Source: an uncultured archaeon (lineage in GTDB: Archaea; Asgardarchaeota; Lokiarchaeia; Sigyniarchaeales; SOKP01). From it: a stretch of 42,503 bases of DNA. The notes below the pieces were generated by a model. That model was not told the origin of the DNA and ran no database searches. It was given only the letters and a program-made list of their open reading frames with translations. Made by a program: the position numbers and the translations under genes. Positions 27,698 through 37,619 of this stretch are shown piece after piece. Numbering within the stretch: the stretch's first letter is position 1; each line of letters opens with the position of its first letter. The stretch is from NCBI GenBank assembly GCA_964525635.1, contig CAZGJX010000024.1, forward strand, positions 1 through 42,503, written 5' to 3'.

Positions 27698-29947
27698 TTG
27701 GAAAATAATTTGAATCTTTTTTTAGATAATCAATTAGATTTTTATCAAATAAGGGAAAATTTGATAAATTTTGAATATATTTTGAAAAAAACCGATATTA
27801 TTGATAATAAATATTTCAAATTATGGAGTAAAGATTTCTCCACTTTTTATGGTAATAATAAGGTTCAACTTTCTTTATATCTCTATTTTTCTCTAGTTTA
27901 TTTTTTAGGATATATGTTAATTGCTAAGTTTATATTAAAAAAAGAAAAATTATTATCAGAAAGAAATTATTCTAAACAAGATTTCTTAGAAATTGAAAAT
28001 GAAATAAATCATAGTTATACAAATAGTAATATCTTTAATATCAAATATTTTAAGCCTATTTTGGATTTAAATCAAAAAGAATTGAAGCATTTTTGTTCTA
28101 TAATTTGTGATACTTTAAGTTATCTACAAATGACTAGAATTGATCCTGAATTTTATTTTGATTTTATTATTCAAAATATAATTCCTAATGATATTCGGCA
28201 TAAAACTGGGGAATTTTATACACCACCCTTTTTAGCTCGAAAAATGGTTAATTTTTCATATACTTTTGGGGAAAAAGTATTAGATCCATGTTGTGGCTCA
28301 GGAAACTTTTTATTAATTATACTCAAAAATGTGCTTAAATATACTACCTCCAAAGAGGAGAAAATTTCAGCAATAAAAAACCTTTATGGATTTGATATTA
28401 ATCCAATCTCTATTTATATGGCAAAGATAAATTTCCTGTTATTATTTGATGGAGAATATACAAATATAAAAATAAATCTCTATAATATCGATTCTTTATT
28501 TCCAGATTCTTCCTTTAAAAGAATTAAATTTGAATTAATAATTGGGAATCCTCCTTGGTACACTCTCAGGGATATTGATACTATAGAAAATCAAAATTTA
28601 ATAAAAAAATTGGCTGAAGAATTAGAAATTAAACCAAGTCCTAAAAATCTATTAAATACTGAGATATCAACTGTTTTTTTTTATCGGTCAAAAGAAATTT
28701 ATATGACCCAAAACTCTAAAATCTTTTTTATTATGACTAAGGGTGTGATCACAGGTTCTCATACTTCAAGATTCCGCAATTTTAAAGGATTTAATTCAAT
28801 AAAAATATGGAAATTTAATAAAATTATTGAAAAAATGTTTAGGATTGATTATATTTGTATATTTGCTAAAAAAACAAAAGATTTATCCAAAAGAAATAAT
28901 CTTGAAATCCCTTGTTATGAATTATCTCTCATCAATAATAATAAAACCTTTAATTATTTTGAAAATATAAAATTGAATAGAGAAAAAATAGATAATCTTA
29001 TTCCCTATAAAACTGTTTATAAAGGAAGAAAATTATATACAAAAAAATTAATTTCAATAAAGAAATATAATCATCTAATCAATCTTGAAGAGAGTATCTA
29101 TAAAGATCGATTCCATAAAGGAGCAGATTTAAATCCTCGAAACTTAATTTTTCTAACATTCGAAAATATAAACAATATTTTAGTCAAAATTAATCCAGAT
29201 GAGAGAGTTTTTAAACGGGCCAAATACCCTTGGAATAATAAAGAATTTAAAGATGAAATTGTAGAACAAAAAAATATATTTAAAGCAGTTAAGAGCACAG
29301 AACTCATCAAATTTTTCATATATGATTTTTATAATGTATTCCTTCCAGTTTCAAAAAAAGATTTATCTTTTAATTATGAAGAATTAAATAGGAATTCTCA
29401 ATTATTTTATAGTAAAATTAATGATATTTATTTAAAATTAAAGAAAACAACAACCAAGAATAATTCATTAATGGATAATTTAAATAGGTGGGGAAAACTA
29501 ACTAACTTAAGACAAATTGGAAATATTAAAGTCATATATAATAATTCTGGTTCTGTACTTAAATCTGCAGTAATACAAGGAGATTATATAGTGGCTGGTG
29601 ATTTAAGTTTTTATACAACAAATAATTTAGATGAAGCTTATTATCTATCAGCTATTTTAAATTCTCCATTGATTAATGAACAAATAAGAATTATTAAAAG
29701 TTCCAGACATATCTTTAAAAAACCTTTTAATTTTCCAATAAGAAAATTCAATCCTCAAATAAAAAACCATCAAAAATTGGCTAGTTTAGCTAAAGAAGGT
29801 GAACTAATAGCAATAGATATTAACAAAAATCTTTTAAAAACAGGAAAAGGCATTTTAAAATCCAAATTTCAAATAGAATTAATGAATAAAATTCTTCCAA
29901 TACTAAATGAGATCAATAAAATTGTTAAATCAGAATTATCTTCTTAA
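27698..29947 (+). CDS. Gamma-class N6-adenine DNA methyltransferase with C-terminal target-recognition region
   Basis: GEFYTP, VLDPCCGSGNFL (motif I), GFDINP, IIGNPPW (motif IV), YYLSAILNS. Confidence 0.9.
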   Translation: MENNLNLFLDNQLDFYQIRENLINFEYILKKTDIIDNKYFKLWSKDFSTFYGNNKVQLSLYLYFSLVYFLGYMLIAKFILKKEKLLSERNYSKQDFLEIENEINHSYTNSNIFNIKYFKPILDLNQKELKHFCSIICDTLSYLQMTRIDPEFYFDFIIQNIIPNDIRHKTGEFYTPPFLARKMVNFSYTFGEKVLDPCCGSGNFLLIILKNVLKYTTSKEEKISAIKNLYGFDINPISIYMAKINFLLLFDGEYTNIKINLYNIDSLFPDSSFKRIKFELIIGNPPWYTLRDIDTIENQNLIKKLAEELEIKPSPKNLLNTEISTVFFYRSKEIYMTQNSKIFFIMTKGVITGSHTSRFRNFKGFNSIKIWKFNKIIEKMFRIDYICIFAKKTKDLSKRNNLEIPCYELSLINNNKTFNYFENIKLNREKIDNLIPYKTVYKGRKLYTKKLISIKKYNHLINLEESIYKDRFHKGADLNPRNLIFLTFENINNILVKINPDERVFKRAKYPWNNKEFKDEIVEQKNIFKAVKSTELIKFFIYDFYNVFLPVSKKDLSFNYEELNRNSQLFYSKINDIYLKLKKTTTKNNSLMDNLNRWGKLTNLRQIGNIKVIYNNSGSVLKSAVIQGDYIVAGDLSFYTTNNLDEAYYLSAILNSPLINEQIRIIKSSRHIFKKPFNFPIRKFNPQIKNHQKLASLAKEGELIAIDINKNLLKTGKGILKSKFQIELMNKILPILNEINKIVKSELSS

Positions 29948-30049
29948 TTATAAAACAGTAGGTTTACTAAAAAAAAAAAGAAAATAAGAAAAAAGCAATT
30001 TAATAAGTAGACATTATTATTAATTTCATAGATAATAGGGTTTAAAAAT

Positions 30050-30577
30050 TTGGAAAAAAAAAAATTCCTTTTTAAGATTTTAATGAGTGGAGACGGAGGT
30101 GCTGGAAAAACATCTTTATTAAGAAGATATGTTGAAGGCAAATTCGAAGAATCAACAATCTTAACTGTGGGCGTAGATTTTTATATTAAAGAGTTAGAAT
30201 TTGATTCTGAAGCAGAATGTACGTTACAGCTATGGGATTTTAGTGGACAAGTTCGTTTCAGACATCTTTTAGGAAATTATGTAATGGGAGCAAGAGCTGC
30301 TCTTTTATTAATTGATCTCACAAAAATGCCAAAAATGGAAGATATAGTTGAATGGGTAAATATCGTCAGAACTCATGATACAGTACTTCCTATACTCCTA
30401 GTTGGTACAAAATATGACTTAAAAGAATTTATTGCTATAGATGATGAGTTTATGTTAAATATAATGAATACGTTTAATATGGTAGGATATATAAAAACAT
30501 CAGCAAAAACAGGTCATAACGTTAATAAGGTGTTTAAAACAGTTGCTAAAAGGTTAATGGCTTTGGGTAAATATTAA
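30050..30577 (+). CDS. Rab-like small GTPase
   Basis: G1 GDGGAGKTS, G2 TVGVDF, G3 LQLWDFSGQ, G4 VGTKYD, G5 TSAKTG. Confidence 0.93.
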   Translation: MEKKKFLFKILMSGDGGAGKTSLLRRYVEGKFEESTILTVGVDFYIKELEFDSEAECTLQLWDFSGQVRFRHLLGNYVMGARAALLLIDLTKMPKMEDIVEWVNIVRTHDTVLPILLVGTKYDLKEFIAIDDEFMLNIMNTFNMVGYIKTSAKTGHNVNKVFKTVAKRLMALGKY

Positions 30578-30693
30578 ATGCTTAATATCCCTTTTGGTTG
30601 AATAAAACACCTTAAATTATTCATCATTAAAAAAATAGAAAATATTAATACTAAATAAAATTCAAATAATTAAATTGTCTTTTTTGAATAGAA

Positions 30694-31497
30694 ATGAATG
30701 ATAAGTTAATAATTCTGGGTTCTGGTGGAGGAAGGCATCATGTTAGAACTCAACATAGAGCAACTGGAGGATTATTATTTAAATTCAATGATACTCAGGC
30801 TCATATCGATCCTGGTCCTGGAGCTATCGTGAGAATTAATCAATATGATGAAGATCCAACTAAAACAGATTTATTCATAGTGACTCATCTTCACTTGGAT
30901 CATTTTGGAGATATTTGTGCTATTATTGAAGGATCAAGAGAAGTTCTTTATGATAAAAATAAAAAATTCTATAAAAAAGGCACACTTATTACAACGAAGG
31001 AAGCACGTAATCATATTTCTAATTATCATTTGAACATGTTAGAAAATATTATCTCATTTAAATCTGGAGATAAATTTAATTATAAAAATGCTGAGATTAT
31101 TGGTATAAAAACTGTACACTCAATTAATGAAGGTTTTGGAGTTAGATTTAATTTTGAAAATTATTCTCTTGCATATTCGAGTGATACTACTATTTTTGAA
31201 GGTTTTGCTGAACAATTTAATGGAGTAAATATACTTATTCTCAATCTTCTAAGACCTGATTCAGTATTATGTAAAAGACATTTAGCAACAGATCAGGTCT
31301 TACCATATATAAATAAAATAAAACCTGTACCTAATACTATCATTTTAAATCATTTTGGAGTTTATATGGATAATCCATACTCTAAAAAAAATTATATCCC
31401 AAGCCAAATAAAAAAATTTAAAGAACTTACAAAAATAGATAAGGTTATTGCAGGAGAAGATGGATTAAAACTTAATATAGAAGATTTACTATATTGA
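30694..31497 (+). CDS. Metallo-beta-lactamase-fold hydrolase
   Basis: ILGSGGG, IDPGPG, THLHLDH (HxHxDH), YSSDT and LNHFG motifs. Confidence 0.9.
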   Translation: MNDKLIILGSGGGRHHVRTQHRATGGLLFKFNDTQAHIDPGPGAIVRINQYDEDPTKTDLFIVTHLHLDHFGDICAIIEGSREVLYDKNKKFYKKGTLITTKEARNHISNYHLNMLENIISFKSGDKFNYKNAEIIGIKTVHSINEGFGVRFNFENYSLAYSSDTTIFEGFAEQFNGVNILILNLLRPDSVLCKRHLATDQVLPYINKIKPVPNTIILNHFGVYMDNPYSKKNYIPSQIKKFKELTKIDKVIAGEDGLKLNIEDLLY

Positions 31498-31617
31498 TTA
31501 ATATTTTTTTTATTGAATCAATTTTTAATTTTTTAATATATTTTATTGCCTCTAAAGAATAAAAAAATGATATAAAGACATTTAGTTTATTTAATTTTCT
31601 TTAATAATAAGGAAAAG

Positions 31618-31746
31618 GAAGGGTAACATCATTCCGACAAAATATAAAAATGAGGGAGAGAATTAAACTCTAATTTTGAGAGCTTAATAGAGGGCGAAAT
31701 CCAATGTTAGTCTGATATGATGTTATTTTCTTCTTTTTTACCCTTC
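31618..31746. other. 129-bp element with nested inverted repeats (MITE-like or structured RNA)
   Basis: GAAGGGTAA (31618-31626) pairs with TTACCCTTC (31738-31746); TAACATCAT (31624-31632) pairs with ATGATGTTA (31717-31725); GAC/GTC extends the inner stem. Confidence 0.45.
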
Positions 31747-31767
31747 TTTAACAGATCATTGTATTTT

Positions 31768-31856
31768 ATACTATTAAAAAGATATGATTTAAGACTTATA
31801 TGTGATATGATCAAGAACAAAAGTAATATTTTATATATAAGCGATGAGTTTATAAA
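31768..31856 (+). repeat. 89-bp direct repeat, copy 1
   Basis: ATACTATTAAAAAGATATGATTTAAGACTTATATG...GCGATGAGTTTATAAA; 87/89 identical to 38194-38282. Confidence 0.95.
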
Positions 31857-31934
31857 TAATAAGAATTCATATAGACCTTAATGAAATTCTTTGAGTCTAT
31901 TTTTTAATGATAATTTCTTGATATGGTTATATCT

Positions 31935-33588
31935 TTAAAAATCTAATTTTTTATTACCTTTTTTCTTTTTAATAAAATATATTGATATTGTTCCTATAAG
32001 ACCAATGATTAATATTATATTAAAGCCAGAAATATCTGTATTTGCCGCCGTTGTATTTTTATAAATAATTAAATTAATAACAACATAAATCGAAGAATAA
32101 TTGGTTTTTTGAAATACTACATAAATCTGATAATTACCAACATCTGTAAATTCGGTTTGAAAATCTAAATTATAGACATTATTAGATATATTAAATAAAG
32201 AGATATTAATGTTTGGACCTTCAATAATTGTACCATTATCCGCTATTTTATACCAATAGTAATAAACAGAATCTAAAGATAATCCTTCACCAGTTAAATT
32301 ATCATTAATTTCAAAAAAAAAATCTAAATGAGTTCCATTTAATATAGATTTAGTAATATTAAAATCTGAAGTTGTTCCATTTACGTTAAATAATTTTAGA
32401 GATATTATGAATATGATTTCGGCAAATCTCAGGAGGTAGTTATTTTTTTCCATATACACACAAATAGAATACACCCCCGCATCACGCATATAGGTCTTAA
32501 AGTTCAATGTATATGTCTTATTTGGATTTTGAATTAATGTTCCATTACCACTATTATTTGTAAAATACCCATCATTATCCAATTCATTCCATTCATAATA
32601 TGCAATATCTAAATCTCCAATTATTTCTCTAGTATTCTCATCACTATAATTAAATGTAAAAAATGTAGATTCTCCTATCCATATTTCTTGATTAATTGAT
32701 AAATGGTCTTGATCATTTATTCTTGTCAATCTTGGATAAATTGATAATAGAATTTCATAATCCTCGATGCTAGAATAATTTTCAAGTTGTGCACTAATAT
32801 CAATATGATAAAGTCCTATACTTAAAGCATCAGAAGTATTAATAGTGAAGGTAAAATATCCATCATTTATAGGATCTGGTTGAATTTCTATGGGACTAGG
32901 ATTAACAGCGTGCCATTCATAAGTTATTAACGCATTACTTAAGCTAGTATTAGTCTCAACATCATAATATCTTACTGTTATGTTAATCAATTCATTATAA
33001 AATTCTGAATATGAAGGTTCTAATAATTCAGTTAGAGTAGTGTAATCATGGACTGTTAGTCCTGTTTCTAGAGCATTTATTTTTATATTAAGATAGAGTT
33101 CATTAGGGGAGGTATAATTCGAATAATTTCCTGTAATTATAACAAGATACCATCTAGCAGAAAATCGACTTGAATTTATTGTAATATTAAAAGTCCCATC
33201 TTCATTGTTTATTAAATTCTTCTTAAATAAGACTTCTGAGTACCCTAGATCCATAATTGAAATATTACAATATGCATCTGGTGATATTATAGGTTGCCAT
33301 GTAGTTCCTTTATCTTCTGTATAAGTAAAATTAATAGAAAAAAATAAGTATTCACCCCAAATAATCTCAGAAGTAGAAGAAATAACTTCAATTCGAGTAG
33401 CATTGGTGCCAACATCAGCTAAAGATATTCGATTATCTAATGGTGTTTGGGGTATAGTTCTTAAATTAAGATATCTCTGAAGGAGAGTTGTATTATAAAT
33501 TTGATATGTATTTATCATCCCTACAGCGATAATGCTCATGAAAAAGATTAATGGAATGATTTTTTTTTTTTGATGTTTTTTGTCTCAT
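31935..33588 (-). CDS. Ig-like repeat cell-surface protein with C-terminal TM/Lys anchor; signal peptide frameshifted at an A12 run
   Basis: Repeated units such as G.Y.I.I...K.NY; tail ISGFNIILIIGLIGTISIYFIKKKK. The upstream ATG at 33588 gives MRQKTSKKKIIPLIFFMSIIAVG if A12 were A11. Confidence 0.75.
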
Positions 33589-33821
33589 GCTAACAGATAT
33601 AAATTTATCAACATGATTAATAAATCTTATTCTAAGCATTTTCTTTTTTTTACAGTTTATAAGAACTGGAAGATTGAGACATCTGAAATTATTTCGTATT
33701 TTTGGATAATATTTATGTATATTTAATCTAATATTATGATTTTTATTCATTTTCTTATCTTAAAATTTAATTTTTAACATTATATTTATGATATTAATAT
33801 TTAAACAAAAACACTAATTCT

Positions 33822-33887
33822 TCACTCAATCTTTCCTTTTAAGGCGGTATCTACTTTATAGTATAGATAATATTTAACTTAGGTTTA
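33822..33887 (+). repeat. Degenerate copy of the promoter + first codons of the RadB-like gene (37578-37643)
   Basis: TCACTCAATCTT(T/A)CCTTTTAAG.CGG...TTTATAG...TATTT.ACT.AGGTTTA occurs in both places, about 80% identical by eye; translates as IFNLGL vs VFDSGL. Confidence 0.8.
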
Positions 33888-34011
33888 GACATATATGAGA
33901 AAAGTGTCTCCTTCTTAACAACAATATTCAATATTGTCCCATATGGCTTTAAATAGGGCGAAATCTGAATAATGATCATCAATCATAAATTACAAAATAA
34001 AATGAAAAAAA

Positions 34012-37000
34012 ATGAAAAAAAATAAATCAAAGAAAATCTCAGCTAAATTATTATTAGCTGTTTTTATAATTAATAGTGTCTGTATTTTTGGATTTGCAAA
34101 ACCTACATTAGCAGATGGGGGGGTTATGAATCTGAGCATCTCTGATTATGATATTATAGAAGGAGAAAGTGTCTTTATTATATGGGATCATATTGTTAAA
34201 GATCCTGTTGGAAGTGATAGCTATTCTGATTATGATACACAGATTTACAGATGTTCAAAAAATATTGATACAGAAGAATGGAGTGCATGGACCCATATAG
34301 CTAGTGTGGATTGGAACTATCAATCAACACAGAGTTATTCACTTCCATTTGATGATGGTGGAATATACAAAATAAAATTAGTACAATACGCTCGTAGATT
34401 AGGACATTGGGAAAAAAATATGTATAGCGATTATGTTTGGGTAGGTACTACAGGGACTTGGCTTGTTGTCGAGGAAATCTCAAATGAAATAAATGTAGAA
34501 TATTCAATGAATGTTCAATTAAATACAATGACAATCGATGAAGGGGATAATATTTCACTTTCTTGGCAATTAGTTAGTAAACGCTGTGATGATTATTACA
34601 ATGGATACAGATGTGGTTATATCGATTATGATACTGAGATATGGATACAAAAAGATTCTGGAGATTTGACAAAAATTACAACTATAGGTTTTATCGGAAG
34701 TTTTATTGATGGTAAATCAGAAACCCAAGATTATACAGTGCCAATACCTCAAGCTGGTAATTATAAATTCATATTAAAAGAATATTCCCGAGAAAAAGGG
34801 TATTGGGATTACATCTACCACGAATGGCATGGTATTCGAGAAGATAATCTACTTTATGAAGAAGCATCTGACACTTTCATAGTTAGTGAGTTATTATATA
34901 ACTTTAAAGCAAATCCAGATGTTATTGATCCTGGAGAGCAAACTACAATAACTTGGGTAGTAAATCCTAAAAATGAAGATCATACATATATTTCTGAACT
35001 ATTTATGAAGATAGATGATGGGATATGGCAGTTTATTACTTCAAAATTTGATATTGGAGCACATCAATATCCAATTATATTAAATGAAGCGGGAATCTAC
35101 TCGTTTAAGATAGATCTATTTATTGATAATACTAAAATTACTTCAGAATTTAGTACTATAGTATCAGTGGTAAATGAGTTAATTGTTAATATGGAGATAA
35201 TTAACAACATTCCTGAAGTTATAACGTACGATTTTGAAAATGAAAATGTTGGAACATTTGGCACATATATCGATTTTATTGATGAATATCTTGGTTATAC
35301 CCCAATAGATTATACAGATATATCTGTGAAACACGAATCTGATGGATCTAATTGCCTATATGTACATGATTGTGGTGATGATAGATTAACGAGAGGAACT
35401 CATTATATAACATACCCCCAAACAAATGGTACTATTGAATTTACTAATAAATTTACTAGTCCGAATTCTTATTATGGGCAACAAAGTTCATATTTTGGTC
35501 TTAAATCCATTGATAATAGAAGAGCAATATATATGCAGGTAGATCATACTTATGGGAGATATTTTTATTTTGACGGATCAACATGGAATTTAATAGCAGA
35601 TGTAAATCCTGATATTTGGTATCAACATCATATAGAATTTAATTGTAATGAAGGAGAAAAAGGTAAATATTCTTGGATTATAAGTACCTTAGAAGGAGTT
35701 GAAATTGGTAGAGTAAATAATATTGATTTTGAAGGAGATTTTACAGAAGGGACTATAGATGAACTATATATTACAACAGATAAATCAAGTTGGTTAGTAC
35801 AAAGTTTTTGGGATGATTTTAAATTATCAGTTGAAGCAGAAGGGAGTACATCTGACTCTATTAGAGCTGGAGATCAGATCGTAGTCTCTTGGAATGTATT
35901 AGACGTGAATTCTCCTCTTAATAATCCTTTAAGCAAATTGTATAAAAGTATGGATGACGGAAATACATGGGAATTAATCCTTGAAGAGTCAGGAACAGGA
36001 TACAAAAACCATACAATAACTACTGATGAGGATGGCATTTGGAAATTCAAAGTGGTTGAATATGGTTATTTTGATGATTCTAATTTGATAGAAGTTGGAA
36101 TCGGAATTAGTCCTTCTATTAAGGTTTACCATGAAAAATTTGCTCTTGTTGTCTCTGGAAGTAATGCTAATGCTGATGGAACCTCCACATCATATTGGAA
36201 TACTCTTACATATAAATTTTATAATTTACTCATTGATAATTATGATTATCGAAGAAAAAATGTCTATTTCTTACCATGTGAAGAAAAACCTTTTAATGGA
36301 AATCATTATGAAAAAAAATTTCAATATAGTTCGGAAGAGACTATTACCTACGCTTGCAAGAGAATTGCTAAACATGCTCGAATATATGACGAAGTTACCG
36401 TCTTTTGGAATGCACATGGATGGTATGGTGCTCTGAATATAGAATGTGGACTTACTTACAATGATAATGGGAATTGGTTTCACGATGCTACTACGTATTA
36501 CTATATTGATACGCTTTTAGATCTTATTTCATGTAAAAATATGTATATCTTTGTTGATTCTTGCCTCTCAGGTAGGATTATAGAATGGCATGAAATGGAC
36601 GAGCCCAATCGTGTTATTTTAACAGCAGCAACAGACATGGAACTTATGACAGTTGGAGAATTTACTAATAATCTTATAGAGGGCTTAGAGGGTGATGCTG
36701 ATGGTACTGATTGGCAATATGTTTCTGGAAATGAAGATGGATATGTATCCATATATGAATTATTGGAATACACCTATATAAAGAGTCATAATTATTATTC
36801 TGACAACAAACAACATGCAAATAGTTTTATTGGTTCAGATCTTCCGGGATATGATTGTTTATTCCTAAATAGAGAAATAGGTGAAAGAGCAATTACAAAT
36901 GAAATCAGTAGATGGAATATGGATGAGGGTAAAGAATTCAGGACTTTTAATTCTATAGTAAACTATCATGGAACTATATCAGGTGAATTCGCTTGGCAGA

Positions 37001-37497
37001 CTCAAGGAAAATATGGTAATTGCATTGATTTTTATTCTGGATTAGGTGGAGTTCATACTGATCTAAAGTTGGATCAACGTGGAAGTAAAAGTTATACATT
37101 TTCTGCATGGGTAAAACCAACAAGCGATAGTGGTGGTAGACATCATGTGATTTCAACAGATAATGGCGGTTATGATTGGTCCTTACTCCGTGAAGGAGGA
37201 ATGTGGTATATATTCACAGGAGAAATGAGTAGAAATACCGGATTTTCTGTAGATCTTAATGAATGGCAGCATTTAGTTGTAGAATTTATCCCAAGTCTTG
37301 GTTGTATACGATTTTATAAAAATATGGAATGTACAACTATAAATTACATATCAACAGATAGTAATACTAATTTCTTATATATCGGAAAGAATCCTAAATA
37401 TGGAGAATATTTTCAAGGTTGTATCGATGATGTAAGAATTTTTGAGGGAACGTTGAGTCAAGATGTAATAACGCAAATCTATGAAGGAAATATATAA
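34012..37497 (+). CDS. Secreted multidomain clan CD (caspase/legumain-like) cysteine peptidase with Ig-like repeats and C-terminal LamG/ConA domain
   Basis: Signal peptide ending PTLA. Four Ig-like repeats (EGESVFIIW/EGDNISLSW/PGEQTTITW/AGDQIVVSW). Peptidase region KFALVVSG..VFWNAHG..IFVDSCLSG..RVILTAA..FTNNLIEGL..DGYVSIYEL has the His-Cys dyad. LamG motifs RWNMDEG, YTFSAWVKP, WQHLVV, FQGCIDDVRIF. Confidence 0.85.
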   Translation: MKKNKSKKISAKLLLAVFIINSVCIFGFAKPTLADGGVMNLSISDYDIIEGESVFIIWDHIVKDPVGSDSYSDYDTQIYRCSKNIDTEEWSAWTHIASVDWNYQSTQSYSLPFDDGGIYKIKLVQYARRLGHWEKNMYSDYVWVGTTGTWLVVEEISNEINVEYSMNVQLNTMTIDEGDNISLSWQLVSKRCDDYYNGYRCGYIDYDTEIWIQKDSGDLTKITTIGFIGSFIDGKSETQDYTVPIPQAGNYKFILKEYSREKGYWDYIYHEWHGIREDNLLYEEASDTFIVSELLYNFKANPDVIDPGEQTTITWVVNPKNEDHTYISELFMKIDDGIWQFITSKFDIGAHQYPIILNEAGIYSFKIDLFIDNTKITSEFSTIVSVVNELIVNMEIINNIPEVITYDFENENVGTFGTYIDFIDEYLGYTPIDYTDISVKHESDGSNCLYVHDCGDDRLTRGTHYITYPQTNGTIEFTNKFTSPNSYYGQQSSYFGLKSIDNRRAIYMQVDHTYGRYFYFDGSTWNLIADVNPDIWYQHHIEFNCNEGEKGKYSWIISTLEGVEIGRVNNIDFEGDFTEGTIDELYITTDKSSWLVQSFWDDFKLSVEAEGSTSDSIRAGDQIVVSWNVLDVNSPLNNPLSKLYKSMDDGNTWELILEESGTGYKNHTITTDEDGIWKFKVVEYGYFDDSNLIEVGIGISPSIKVYHEKFALVVSGSNANADGTSTSYWNTLTYKFYNLLIDNYDYRRKNVYFLPCEEKPFNGNHYEKKFQYSSEETITYACKRIAKHARIYDEVTVFWNAHGWYGALNIECGLTYNDNGNWFHDATTYYYIDTLLDLISCKNMYIFVDSCLSGRIIEWHEMDEPNRVILTAATDMELMTVGEFTNNLIEGLEGDADGTDWQYVSGNEDGYVSIYELLEYTYIKSHNYYSDNKQHANSFIGSDLPGYDCLFLNREIGERAITNEISRWNMDEGKEFRTFNSIVNYHGTISGEFAWQTQGKYGNCIDFYSGLGGVHTDLKLDQRGSKSYTFSAWVKPTSDSGGRHHVISTDNGGYDWSLLREGGMWYIFTGEMSRNTGFSVDLNEWQHLVVEFIPSLGCIRFYKNMECTTINYISTDSNTNFLYIGKNPKYGEYFQGCIDDVRIFEGTLSQDVITQIYEGNI

Positions 37498-37619
37498 TTC
37501 CTTTTTTTTTTTATCTTTCTCATTTTTTCAATAATTACTCAATTCTTTTTTTATTTAATTTCAAATTCAGTAATCTCTCACTCAATCTTACCTTTTAAGT
37601 CGGCATTTTTTTATAGGTA

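Noticed and set aside
33493-33750. 85-aa ORF upstream of the surface protein
   Set aside because: It is the out-of-frame carrier of the true signal-peptide start (ATG 33588); the rest is AT-rich noise.
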